Below are positions 18,494-27,194 of a stretch of DNA of 31,237 bases, piece after piece. A program made the translations under genes and the position numbers. The notes beneath the pieces are model-generated. The model saw only the letters and a program-made list of their open reading frames with translations. It was not told the origin of the DNA and ran no database searches. The stretch comes from a virus (taxonomy: Duplodnaviria > Caudoviricetes). The stretch covers positions 1-31,237 of the IMG/VR virus record IMGVR_UViG_3300005731_000035. One strand, given 5' to 3'. Every line of letters begins with the position of its first letter. Position 1 is the first letter of the stretch.

Positions 18494-19107
18494 TGAAATT
18501 AAACGGTTACATTTTATGTTTTATAGCTGGTTTTATTATAAGTGCATTTATTTTAAAATCCTGTAAAAATGACGACATAAAAATTACCAAAAAAAAGACC
18601 GTAAACATTGAGCGTATTAAAGACAGCATCACAGAAGTTGTAATAAAAAACGTTAAACCAATTTACAGGGACACAGTAATAACAAAAACTAAAAAGGTTT
18701 TTATAAAAGGTGAGGACATAATAATTGTAAAAGATACAACGGTATATGTCACAAACAACAACGATAACGGTCAAAATCTTAATTCTTACGACGTTTTATT
18801 AAAAACAGAGGAAAGTACAGCAGATTTAAAAATAAATGTCTTAGGAACGCTAAAAAGCGTTACAGGTACAATAGATTATCCAAAAATTACCAATACTGAA
18901 ATCATTACAAAAAAAATTCCCAATAGTTCAAATTACATTTTTTTAAAATCAAACATTGACAGGCCATTTAATAATTTTGATTTAGGCTATATAAGAACGT
19001 TTAAGAGTAGATATTTATTAATAGGCTCAATCACTTATGACCAAAGATTAAATGTCTTAAATCAAACGCCAATATCTTTAAACGTTGGATTTGGTATAAA
19101 GTTTTAA
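18493..19107 (+). CDS. Putative spanin-like lysis protein
   Basis: N-terminal TM ending ILKSC; DTV-type repeats; C-terminal NVGFGIKF. Confidence 0.55.
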   Translation: MKLNGYILCFIAGFIISAFILKSCKNDDIKITKKKTVNIERIKDSITEVVIKNVKPIYRDTVITKTKKVFIKGEDIIIVKDTTVYVTNNNDNGQNLNSYDVLLKTEESTADLKINVLGTLKSVTGTIDYPKITNTEIITKKIPNSSNYIFLKSNIDRPFNNFDLGYIRTFKSRYLLIGSITYDQRLNVLNQTPISLNVGFGIKF

Positions 19108-19108
19108 T

Positions 19109-19471
19109 ATGAAATTTAGAGAGGATAATTTACAAAAGGCGGTAGCCTGTTATTTAGACCACTTACCAAATGTCGTTTGGTTTCATGTTGCAAACGAACG
19201 AAAAACATCAATACAGGCTGGCAAGCGATTAAAAGACAAAGGCGTAAAATCGGGAGTCCCGGACGTCATGATATTAAATGCAGAAAATGGATTTTGTGGT
19301 TTGGCTATTGAGTTAAAAGTTAAAGGCGGTCGTTTAACGCATAATCAAAAAACATGGCTCGAAAAATTAGAAAAAATAGGGTACAAAACCGCAGTTTGTT
19401 TTTGTTTACAAGACGCCATTGACGTTGTAAATGAATACTTTGCAGAAAACCAACGTATTGTTAAACTTTAA
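19109..19471 (+). CDS. VRR-NUC family nuclease
   Basis: EDNLQ, FHVANE, GV..GVPD, IELK, Q..W...L...GY. Confidence 0.92.
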   Translation: MKFREDNLQKAVACYLDHLPNVVWFHVANERKTSIQAGKRLKDKGVKSGVPDVMILNAENGFCGLAIELKVKGGRLTHNQKTWLEKLEKIGYKTAVCFCLQDAIDVVNEYFAENQRIVKL

Positions 19472-19499
19472 CTGAAAAATTGTTTTTTTGATTATAAGG

Positions 19500-19518
19500 G
19501 TGTAATATTACACTATAA
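19500..19518. promoter_or_regulatory. Palindromic operator copy 1, GTGTA-atat-TACAC-TATAA
   Basis: Perfect 14-bp palindrome in an intergenic gap; same layout at 23400. Confidence 0.75.
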
Positions 19519-19539
19519 ATAATTTAAAAATCATTAAAA

Positions 19540-20040
19540 ATGGAAAAAACGCATTGGTTACAATCACCGAACAAAAACTACTTAGGCCATTGGGATTTGC
19601 CCGAAACAAACGATTTAGTTTTAACAATTAAATCAGCGCAATGGGAGGAGGTCAAAAATCCAATTACTAACAAAACGGAGGCCAAAAGGGTTGTTAGATT
19701 TAAGGAAAATGTTAAACCTTTAATTTGCAATCAAACAAACGCACAGGCCATAATTAACAGTACAAAAATTAAGTACATGGAGGACAGCCAAGGTTGTAAA
19801 ATTCAATTATACATTGGTCAACATTTAGACAGACGCACAAAAGAAAATGTTGACTGTATAAGAGTCAGAAACAAATTTGACGGTGGACAAGAGGCATTGT
19901 ATAAAGAAACGAGCGAAATGTTTGCAGAAAAACAACATTTACTTAATGAGGCGCAGTACAACAGAGCGCACGAAATTTTGACTAAAAAATTGGATAGCGA
20001 ATATTCAAGACTTTTAAAACATCTAAAAACTTTATCATGA
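19540..20040 (+). CDS. Putative ssDNA-binding/recombination partner of the exonuclease
   Basis: HW..SPNKNYLG.WDL, KPLI.N.TN, IRVR; coupled to the YqaJ-like gene; function inferred from context. Confidence 0.5.
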   Translation: MEKTHWLQSPNKNYLGHWDLPETNDLVLTIKSAQWEEVKNPITNKTEAKRVVRFKENVKPLICNQTNAQAIINSTKIKYMEDSQGCKIQLYIGQHLDRRTKENVDCIRVRNKFDGGQEALYKETSEMFAEKQHLLNEAQYNRAHEILTKKLDSEYSRLLKHLKTLS

Positions 20041-20780
20041 ACAACAAAAACAGATTAGGACGCGTCACAAGTTCAAACGCGCACAAATTAATTAAAACAG
20101 GTCGAGGCAAACCATTTAGCGCGCCGGGTTTGACCTACATTGAGGAAAAACAAATTGAACGCCGTATTGGCTCATGTTTAGACGCGACAGGCGCATACAG
20201 CCAGCCAATTGCATGGGGTAATTTTATGGAATTGGTTATTTATAGCTTATTGGGCATTGAATACACGATAAGCAGTAAACAAACTTTTTTACATAAAAAA
20301 CATGGCGATATATGGTCGGGCAGTCCGGATTTAATTATACCAAATCAATTAATTGCGGAAATAAAATGTTACCAAAAGAAAAAATTTGCTCAATATACAG
20401 ACGCGTTAATTTTGGAGGTTACAGAAGATTTTACTTTGTCAGATAAAATCGAAAACCTAAAAACAAAATTTCCACAGGAATATTGGCAAATGGTTTCAAA
20501 CGCGTCAATTATGGAGGTTGACACCGTTGAGGCAATTACTTACATGCCGTTTTATTCAGAATATGAGGACATAAAGGAAATAGCGGAAAACATGGACAGC
20601 AATGAACAATGGAAATACAGATTTATTGTAGAAAAACCAATTGAGGAATTACCTTTTTTGCGTGACGGTGGCTATTATAAAAATATCAACAAATTTCGTT
20701 TTAAAGTACCGTCAGACGATTTAAAATTGTTACAGGACAGAATTATTGAAGCCGGAAAATTAATTAAATACGAGTCTTAA
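20037..20780 (+). CDS. YqaJ/lambda-exonuclease-like nuclease
   Basis: RLG.VTSS, WG...E, SGSPD, EIKC, YWQ. Confidence 0.88.
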   Translation: MNNKNRLGRVTSSNAHKLIKTGRGKPFSAPGLTYIEEKQIERRIGSCLDATGAYSQPIAWGNFMELVIYSLLGIEYTISSKQTFLHKKHGDIWSGSPDLIIPNQLIAEIKCYQKKKFAQYTDALILEVTEDFTLSDKIENLKTKFPQEYWQMVSNASIMEVDTVEAITYMPFYSEYEDIKEIAENMDSNEQWKYRFIVEKPIEELPFLRDGGYYKNINKFRFKVPSDDLKLLQDRIIEAGKLIKYES

Positions 20781-20782
20781 AA

Positions 20783-21016
20783 ATGGATAAAACAACTAAA
20801 TTTTTAGTACATACTATTTTGACTTTAGCCATAGTCATTTTAATGTTAAATGTTTACAATTTGACAGGTGCAAAATGGATAATTTATATTTTAAAATTTA
20901 TAGGCGCAACGGCCTTTGTATTGTTTGTATTATTTGGCACAATATTTATTGGCGTTTTTCTATACAATATATACAAAAACGTAATGGAAATTATTAACAA
21001 AAAAAATCAAAATTAA
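20783..21016 (+). CDS. Small two-TM membrane protein
   Basis: Two hydrophobic stretches. Confidence 0.6.
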   Translation: MDKTTKFLVHTILTLAIVILMLNVYNLTGAKWIIYILKFIGATAFVLFVLFGTIFIGVFLYNIYKNVMEIINKKNQN

Positions 21017-21017
21017 A

Positions 21018-21329
21018 ATGGAAAACTTAAACAAAACAACATCGTTTAAATATGTTCAATCAATGTTGGACGTACCGACTTGTCCTAGAATGGCAGTATT
21101 AAGAGAATTATTAGCTTTCTATAAAAACGGTACAAGTCGCCGTTATTTAGAACAAGCGACAGACATTTTAAATGTCCCGGACGTTATCATGCATTTAAGA
21201 CGGTCGGGAATAGCAATTGACATGACATTGACAAAGACGACAAATAAATACGGTAGGCCTGTAAAATACGGTATTTATAAATTGTTAGATTTTCAGCAAG
21301 GTCTTGATTATTATCAAAAACACAATTAA
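21018..21329 (+). CDS. Winged-helix DNA-binding protein
   Basis: SRRYL....ILNVPDVIMHLRRSG.AI......NKYG..V..G.Y.L. Confidence 0.7.
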   Translation: MENLNKTTSFKYVQSMLDVPTCPRMAVLRELLAFYKNGTSRRYLEQATDILNVPDVIMHLRRSGIAIDMTLTKTTNKYGRPVKYGIYKLLDFQQGLDYYQKHN

Positions 21330-21598
21330 TGGTCAAATCAACATTATTGAAAAATTGGAAAGAATTTTTTTGTTGGCAGTCACTTAGCGACGGTTGTATT
21401 TACTATGCGTTATATAGCGACGTGGAATATAAAATACTTTATAACCATGAAACAAATCAATATCAGCCGTTGCCTAGTTACAAATATTTATATAGAATAA
21501 TTAACGGTCAACATCTTTGTTATAAACGAATGAAAAATTATTTGGAGTTGACAGACGAAATGATTGACCAATTAAACAAATTCAGACAAGAACAATGA
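21329..21598 (+). CDS. Hypothetical protein
   Basis: Translationally coupled ORF; no motif. Confidence 0.6.
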   Translation: MVKSTLLKNWKEFFCWQSLSDGCIYYALYSDVEYKILYNHETNQYQPLPSYKYLYRIINGQHLCYKRMKNYLELTDEMIDQLNKFRQEQ

Positions 21599-21774
21599 AA
21601 AAAATCGATACAGAGGTTACGCGAATATTGCATTTTTACAAGTTTAACAACAGGTTAAATTTAGAGCAAATGGCAGAAGTTTTAGGCATTAGCAAAAAAA
21701 CATTAATAAAAAGACTTAAAACGGACGCATGGACAAAAACGGAGGCGTTTTTTATAAAAAATAAACTAGACTAA
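21595..21774 (+). CDS. Cro-like HTH protein (59 aa; not in the ORF track)
   Basis: MKKIDTEVTRILHFYKFNNRLNLEQMAEVLGISKKTLIKRLKTDAWTKTEAFFIKNKLD*; ATGA overlap with the upstream stop. Confidence 0.85.
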   Translation: MKKIDTEVTRILHFYKFNNRLNLEQMAEVLGISKKTLIKRLKTDAWTKTEAFFIKNKLD

Positions 21775-21776
21775 AA

Positions 21777-22469
21777 ATGGCAGAAAACAAAAAATCATTT
21801 TTGCTTTATAGTGACATCATTACTATTTTAGAGGTCATGGACGACACCAGCGCCGGAAAGTTGTTTAAAACAATTGTACGGTACGTTAACGACGAAAATC
21901 CAAAGGTGACAGACCCAATTGTCAATGTAGCATTTCAGAGCATTAGAAATCAATTAAAACGCGATTTGAGGCGTTATGAGGAAAAAAAGGCCGGCAATAG
22001 CAAAGGCGCTTATATAACAAACCTAAAACGTTACAGGCCGGATTTGTACAAAAAATATAAAAACGGCAGTTTAAAATTAGAGGACGCCGTACATGAGGCA
22101 AAAACAGGTGAAAAACCAAAGACAGAAAAAACAAATAAACCTGTTAAAAATGCAATTAGCAATGAGCAAATTAAATTAGCATGGAACGAATTTTTTAACA
22201 ATACGACAGTACCAAAAATAAAATTGGTTACGGATAAAAGGCGCAAAGCGTTTTTAAATATTTATAATAGCATTGGCGGAGTTGATAATTTAAACTATAC
22301 AATGTTAAAAGCAAAATCATCAACCTTTTTATGCAACGGTACATTTTTTAGTTTTGATTGGTTTTTTACAAAGTCAAATTTTATTAAGGTCATGGAGGGT
22401 AATTTTGACGATAAAACCAATAATTCAAAAACAGAAAACAGAGCAAATGAAATATTAAATCAAATGTAA
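21777..22469 (+). CDS. Replication initiator (DUF6291-like N-terminus, lambda O-like role)
   Basis: MAENKKSFLLY.D..AGKLFK.I..YVND.NP..AF..I..QLKRDL..YE; C-terminal FL...FDW.....NF.KV.EGN. Confidence 0.8.
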   Translation: MAENKKSFLLYSDIITILEVMDDTSAGKLFKTIVRYVNDENPKVTDPIVNVAFQSIRNQLKRDLRRYEEKKAGNSKGAYITNLKRYRPDLYKKYKNGSLKLEDAVHEAKTGEKPKTEKTNKPVKNAISNEQIKLAWNEFFNNTTVPKIKLVTDKRRKAFLNIYNSIGGVDNLNYTMLKAKSSTFLCNGTFFSFDWFFTKSNFIKVMEGNFDDKTNNSKTENRANEILNQM

Positions 22470-22470
22470 A

Positions 22471-23247
22471 ATGAAAAAAAATCAAATTCAAATTTGGCAA
22501 AATGAGGTCTTTGAAATGACACCGATAAAATTTGTCAATCAAACTTTAGAGCAAAAACTTGTTAGACAGTACCAAAAGGACGATGAATTATTAAACAAAT
22601 CAATCACCGTTTTTATCCTAGAATTGGAGGCACATTTTTCACCAAACAACAAAACAGACGGATTTATAATAAAAGACATCAAAAACATGATTTTAAGTAT
22701 ATGTAAAAATTTAAGTATTGAGGAATTGTTTTTTGCGTCAAAATTAGTCAGATACGGTGAAATAGAAAATGTAGAGTCTTACGGCCGTTTGACGACTCAA
22801 TTTGTGACAAAAATAATTGTTGGTTATAAGCGCTGGAAACGCGATTTGCGTTTGACTTACGATTTGCCAATTAGCAAAAGACAGGAAAAATCAAATTTAA
22901 CAGATACGGAAAAACAGGAAATATTGTTAAAAGGGTATCACCGTATATTTGATGAATTTAAAGAAAATCCAAAATTAGAAACGTTAAACGGTTGTGCGTG
23001 GCTGTACGATTATTTGGTTAAGGATTTAAAAGAGTTTTGTCCAACGGACGACCAAATTAAACTAGCAAAGACAAAAGCGTCGCAAATCGGCTCTAAATCA
23101 TTTAAAAGTCAATCTCGTAAAAAAGGTATTAGCGAAATGAAAATAAAAAACGATTTAGAACAAATGAAAAAATCCGGAATGTCCTTTGTAGGAATTACCA
23201 AAACAATTTTGCTGGCAGATTATTTTGAACGTCGATTGATGTTTTAA
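22471..23247 (+). CDS. Putative replication accessory protein (helicase-loader position)
   Basis: Immediately after the initiator; LSIEEL..A...YG; role inferred from position only. Confidence 0.45.
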   Translation: MKKNQIQIWQNEVFEMTPIKFVNQTLEQKLVRQYQKDDELLNKSITVFILELEAHFSPNNKTDGFIIKDIKNMILSICKNLSIEELFFASKLVRYGEIENVESYGRLTTQFVTKIIVGYKRWKRDLRLTYDLPISKRQEKSNLTDTEKQEILLKGYHRIFDEFKENPKLETLNGCAWLYDYLVKDLKEFCPTDDQIKLAKTKASQIGSKSFKSQSRKKGISEMKIKNDLEQMKKSGMSFVGITKTILLADYFERRLMF

Positions 23248-23270
23248 AATTCAGTCAGATTAATAGCGGA

Positions 23271-23305
23271 AAGGCGTCAAGATTTACATTTTGACGTTTT
23301 TTTTT
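23271..23305 (+). terminator. Intrinsic terminator
   Basis: GGCGTCAA..TTGACGTT stem followed by a T run. Confidence 0.8.
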
Positions 23306-23396
23306 GCATTTAAACGGTTGTATTTCGTCGATTATTTTAGCATAATTCAGTAATTCAACGGTAAAAATACACATTACAACGAATATTTTAATTAAA

Positions 23397-23418
23397 ATAG
23401 TGTACATTTACACTATAA
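23397..23418. promoter_or_regulatory. Palindromic operator copy 2, ATAGTGTA-catt-TACACTAT, overlapping TAcaTTTA
   Basis: 8-bp inverted arms; matches 19500-19518. Confidence 0.75.
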
Positions 23419-23429
23419 TATTAGATTGC

Positions 23430-23656
23430 TTGCGTATTGAAAATGTGGACGGACGTTAATTGACATAATGACTTACTTAGTAGGCGAAAAAAGCCAAGGC
23501 ATTAGCTGTATTACTATACAGCGACAATAGTGTACAGCGAAAATCCAAACGGTAAAGGTCATGTTAGAATATAGGCGACGCAAGGTTGAAAAGACAAAAT
23601 TGCCCAACGAGGCAAGTGCAAAGCAAAGTAAACCAGCACGTCAAACATATTCGCAA
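23430..23656 (+). ncRNA. Candidate structured ncRNA (~230 nt)
   Basis: No ORF in the track; several nested complementary pairs found by eye. Confidence 0.45.
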
Positions 23657-23657
23657 A

Positions 23658-23740
23658 TTACCGCAAAGGTTTAAGAGGCTAAAATAAACGCAAGTCGTTT
23701 TTGATGCCTTTCGTTAGTTCAATTCTAACGGCGGTAACTA
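23658..23740 (+). ncRNA. tRNA-like element 1 (non-canonical)
   Basis: TTACCGC/GCGGTAA stem; CGTTAG-TTCAATT-CTAACG T-arm; no proper D or anticodon arm; ends CTA. Confidence 0.55.
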
Positions 23741-23774
23741 ACTAAAAAAGTCGCGGAAACGTGCATATAACATT
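23739..23774 (+). promoter_or_regulatory. Leader motif copy 1: TAACTAAAAAAGT-CGCG-GAAA-CGTG-11 nt-ATG
   Basis: Repeats at 24048 with compensatory stem changes. Confidence 0.7.
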
Positions 23775-23981
23775 ATGATTGACATGATGAAAATGTTTTT
23801 AGCCATGGGCGACATGGCGGACACCAACATAACGTTGGCAGAAAAAGTCGCATATAAAGAGCGTATTGTATTTGCTACAATGCGTTTTAATATTCCCGGT
23901 TGGGAAAAACCAAGCGATTGGGACAGTTTAACCGACGAGGTTAAATTGGAACGGTTAACCAAATTAGAGTCGGCCGTATAA
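23775..23981 (+). CDS. Early hypothetical protein (68 aa)
   Basis: First ORF after the ncRNA locus; P.DWD.L...KL.RL. Confidence 0.75.
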   Translation: MIDMMKMFLAMGDMADTNITLAEKVAYKERIVFATMRFNIPGWEKPSDWDSLTDEVKLERLTKLESAV

Positions 23982-23987
23982 ATTAAA

Positions 23988-24037
23988 TGACATGGGCCAA
24001 ATGGCTGTAACACGATTTGCGTCGTGCATGTCAACTA
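23988..24037 (+). ncRNA. tRNA-like mini-element 2
   Basis: TGACATG/CATGTCA stem + ACTA; inner GGCC/GGCT and CACGA/TCGTG hairpins. Confidence 0.5.
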
Positions 24038-24047
24038 AAAATTTTAT

Positions 24048-24083
24048 TAACTAAAAAAGTCCTAGAAATAGGCATTATCACAA
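24048..24083 (+). promoter_or_regulatory. Leader motif copy 2: TAACTAAAAAAGT-CCTA-GAAA-TAGG-11 nt-ATG
   Basis: See copy 1. Confidence 0.7.
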
Positions 24084-25445
24084 ATGAAAAATATCACAAA
24101 AAAAATGTTTGGTGACGTTTATTTAGAAAATTCAAAGTTTGAAATTGTTTTACCGTTGTCAGTTATTTGCATTGACGGTTTTACTTTAGACGTTTACAAT
24201 GTTTACAGTAACACCGTAAAAAAGTCGTTTAAATGTTACAACGATTTTGAGGGGTTGTTTATTGGCTTTAAAAAGGCGTTACGCAACAACAAAGACGCAG
24301 AGCGCAGATTAATTAAAAACATTGATAATATTGACAAAAGCGCGTTAATTCATTATTTGTCATTGGATAGAAAAATAACAAATTTCATTTATCCATTTTC
24401 AGAATATGAAAACAACAGAATGGCAAGTTTTTTAGAGTCGGCTAAAATTAGTTTGACAGACTCAAAAAATGTTGTTAGCGACCCGGTTGTTGAGCCTGTA
24501 TTACCGTCAACGCCAAAAGTTGATTTAGTTGTTGAGCCGTTGGAATTGTCAGCAGACAAACCAGCACCGACAACAATTGACGGAATTATTAATGACACCG
24601 TTGAGCGTGCTGTTTATAGTAATTATACGGACAGCATGATAACAAAGTTAATTCATGAAAAACTTGACGAGTACGGCATAAAGCCAAAAGTTAAGACAAT
24701 CACCGTTGACAACGTTGCCACAGGTAAAAAAGTTGACATTGGTTTGGCTCATGAAAAATTTGAGGACGTTTTAAAAGCCGTAAGCGCTCGACTAAATGTT
24801 TTTCTAGTTGGCGAGGCCGGTAGCGGTAAAACGACGGCTGGCGTTAAGGTTGCAGAGGCTCTAGGTTTAGAGTTTGCGTCAATGTCAGTATCGGGCGAAA
24901 CATCTATAATCGATTTTTTCGGTTATAAAGATGCCAACGGTAACGTTAACACGACAGAATTTGAGCGTTTTTATACAGCCGGAGGCGTATTTCTAATCGA
25001 CGAATTTGACGCCGGCAATCCAAACGTATTGGCGGTAATTAATCAAGCGTTAGCAAACGGCTCTTGCATGTTTGCCGGAGGCATGAAAAACAGGCATGAC
25101 GATTTTGTTTGCATGGCAAGCGGTAACACCGTCGGACATGGTGCAACGTCAGAATACATTGGCCGTAACAGAATTGACGGCGCAACGTTAGACCGTTTTG
25201 TACAGATTGAATTTAACATCGATGAGAGTTTGGAAATGGCAATTTGTTCAAACCGCGATTGGTGCAAAATGGTACAGGACATAAGAGCAAATGCAAGAGC
25301 AAAAGAGGTTAGAGCCATTATAACGCCAAGAGCGACGTTATACGGTGAAAAACTTTTGGCGCAAGGCATGGACATTGAAACCGTTTTAAACTACACCGTT
25401 TTTAAGGGTCTAAATGAGGACGAAATTAACTTAATTAAACTTTAA
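24084..25445 (+). CDS. MoxR/CobS-like AAA+ ATPase with long N-terminal extension
   Basis: Walker A GEAGSGKT, Walker B FLIDEFD, SGNT.G.GA...Y.GRN.ID.ATLDRF. Confidence 0.9.
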   Translation: MKNITKKMFGDVYLENSKFEIVLPLSVICIDGFTLDVYNVYSNTVKKSFKCYNDFEGLFIGFKKALRNNKDAERRLIKNIDNIDKSALIHYLSLDRKITNFIYPFSEYENNRMASFLESAKISLTDSKNVVSDPVVEPVLPSTPKVDLVVEPLELSADKPAPTTIDGIINDTVERAVYSNYTDSMITKLIHEKLDEYGIKPKVKTITVDNVATGKKVDIGLAHEKFEDVLKAVSARLNVFLVGEAGSGKTTAGVKVAEALGLEFASMSVSGETSIIDFFGYKDANGNVNTTEFERFYTAGGVFLIDEFDAGNPNVLAVINQALANGSCMFAGGMKNRHDDFVCMASGNTVGHGATSEYIGRNRIDGATLDRFVQIEFNIDESLEMAICSNRDWCKMVQDIRANARAKEVRAIITPRATLYGEKLLAQGMDIETVLNYTVFKGLNEDEINLIKL

Positions 25446-25447
25446 TC

Positions 25448-26266
25448 ATGAGTAAATTTAAACCAATTAGGAAACATAATGTTTATACTTTAACGGTCGG
25501 CTATGCAGATTTTTTAAAGCATGTCAAGGCCGTTAAGCATGTAACAAATTTTAAACGTCATATTGACGCGGATTTAGATTTTACAGGCGGTTGGAATTAT
25601 GAAAAGGCGCTAGAAAAAAGTCGTACAGGTTGGGACATTGGCATTAAAAAATTAGCTATTGAAAACAACTTGTTCGACGGCGTCGGGACAAACATAAGAC
25701 CGTCGTATAGAGGAAACCGCGTAAATGTAGGCGCGTTTTTAAGAGGCGAGCCGAAAAACATGTACAGACGCCAAGGCGTTGCGACATATAACCGCGAACG
25801 TTTGACGGTATTTGTGCCGTTAAGTTATAGCGGTAATGTTGACGCCGACGATGCAATTGACGTCGCAAAAAAATACATGCGAAAAATTAACGATTTGCAA
25901 GTCAATTATGACGTTAAAGTTGTTGGCGTTTACGGCTCGACCGGTCACAGTACAGGAGTCAAAAAAAGTCGTACAATGAATTTAAACATTGTGATTAAAG
26001 ACTATACTAGCCGTTTAGTCATTAACAATTTGGCCGTTGCATTTCACCCAGCGTTTTTTAGACGTTTAATTTTTAAGTGGAAGGAAACTTTTGAATTTTG
26101 CGACGAGAGTCATGGGTATTCGGCGGACGATGATTTGATTGACAAGTTTGTTACGGATTTGTTAAACAGCAAAAACGACAATTTTGTAATTTTTGAGCAA
26201 GTTAATTTTTTACGCAAATACCACAAAGACGTCGTAAGAAAATCAAATATTAAAATGGCCGTTTAG
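25448..26266 (+). CDS. vWA-like partner of the AAA+ ATPase
   Basis: G..VNVGAFLRGEP..M; degenerate MIDAS-like VPLSYSG; HPAFFRR; coupled to the ATPase. Confidence 0.65.
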   Translation: MSKFKPIRKHNVYTLTVGYADFLKHVKAVKHVTNFKRHIDADLDFTGGWNYEKALEKSRTGWDIGIKKLAIENNLFDGVGTNIRPSYRGNRVNVGAFLRGEPKNMYRRQGVATYNRERLTVFVPLSYSGNVDADDAIDVAKKYMRKINDLQVNYDVKVVGVYGSTGHSTGVKKSRTMNLNIVIKDYTSRLVINNLAVAFHPAFFRRLIFKWKETFEFCDESHGYSADDDLIDKFVTDLLNSKNDNFVIFEQVNFLRKYHKDVVRKSNIKMAV

Positions 26267-26289
26267 CGACGGCCTTAAATCTTAAATTT

Positions 26290-26772
26290 ATGAGAACGCA
26301 ATTAATAATAAAAAAGTCCCAAAGGGCAACAGGCGGACACAGCGACATTTTTTTAATCATAGAAAAATCAAGTCCATTTTATAAACAGTACATTGACGCG
26401 TACAAAACAACAGAGCCGTTGCTGGTTTTAGACCGTCACCCAAATATGTTTTCAGACCGTCCCGACGGACGTTTTTTTGAATATCTTAAAAACGACATTA
26501 ATTTTAAAATGTTTATACCGTCCGACAAAAATGATTTGGCAATAATTGGATATATAACAGACACAGAAATTGACAATCGTTTACGGACACCAAAACATGC
26601 CTGTAATTCATTAGGACGCGTTTTAAAAGACAATATTGATTTTTTTAACGCAGACTATTACAGGCGTACCGAAATACGGTTAAACTATATCGAGAGGGCG
26701 CACAACGACCTAAAAGAACAAGTTAGCCAGCTACAATTTTTAATTAATAATTTAATACAGAAAAAAGCATGA
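26290..26772 (+). CDS. Hypothetical protein
   Basis: ORF in the early cluster; no motif. Confidence 0.65.
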   Translation: MRTQLIIKKSQRATGGHSDIFLIIEKSSPFYKQYIDAYKTTEPLLVLDRHPNMFSDRPDGRFFEYLKNDINFKMFIPSDKNDLAIIGYITDTEIDNRLRTPKHACNSLGRVLKDNIDFFNADYYRRTEIRLNYIERAHNDLKEQVSQLQFLINNLIQKKA

Positions 26773-27170
26773 GCAATAATATTTTTGATAAAAGCGAAGA
26801 AAATAGCGAGTTGTTAAGACATCACGTTGAAAATTTTATTTTAACCTTAAAACGTGACCCGATTTTTAAAAAATCTTATAACCGTAAAGACGGCGACAAA
26901 TGTTTGACTATGTTTTTGGTGACAACTTTGGACCATAGCATTATGAAATTTTTACAATTACAGGAATTGTTGGACCGCGACATTTTAACGGTGCAACAAG
27001 AGGCCGAAATAATGACCAGCCAAGTCAATAATCATTTTTTGTTTTTTGCGGAAAATTTTGATTTGTGGAATATTATTGCAGAGCCGACAGACTTTACCAA
27101 TTTTTGCGATAAATTCAACGACTTTTTTCTCACAGGAATAAGGACCATGTACAACGAAATGAAAAATTAA
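26769..27170 (+). CDS. Hypothetical protein
   Basis: ATGA-coupled ORF; no motif. Confidence 0.65.
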   Translation: MSNNIFDKSEENSELLRHHVENFILTLKRDPIFKKSYNRKDGDKCLTMFLVTTLDHSIMKFLQLQELLDRDILTVQQEAEIMTSQVNNHFLFFAENFDLWNIIAEPTDFTNFCDKFNDFFLTGIRTMYNEMKN

Positions 27171-27194
27171 AAACCAATAAGAGCGTTTATTAAA

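Noticed and set aside
23430-23656. Group I/II intron
   Set aside because: No P/Q/R/S or domain V consensus recognisable, and no interrupted gene
23658-23740. Canonical tRNA gene or attP
   Set aside because: No D arm or anticodon arm, no CCA and no integrase; kept only as a tRNA-like element
24084-25445. Cobalamin biosynthesis (cobS) auxiliary metabolic gene
   Set aside because: Similarity is to the general MoxR-type AAA+ family, and no other cobalamin genes are present
26257-26274. Intrinsic terminator
   Set aside because: Good stem but no U tract; more likely a stability or pause hairpin
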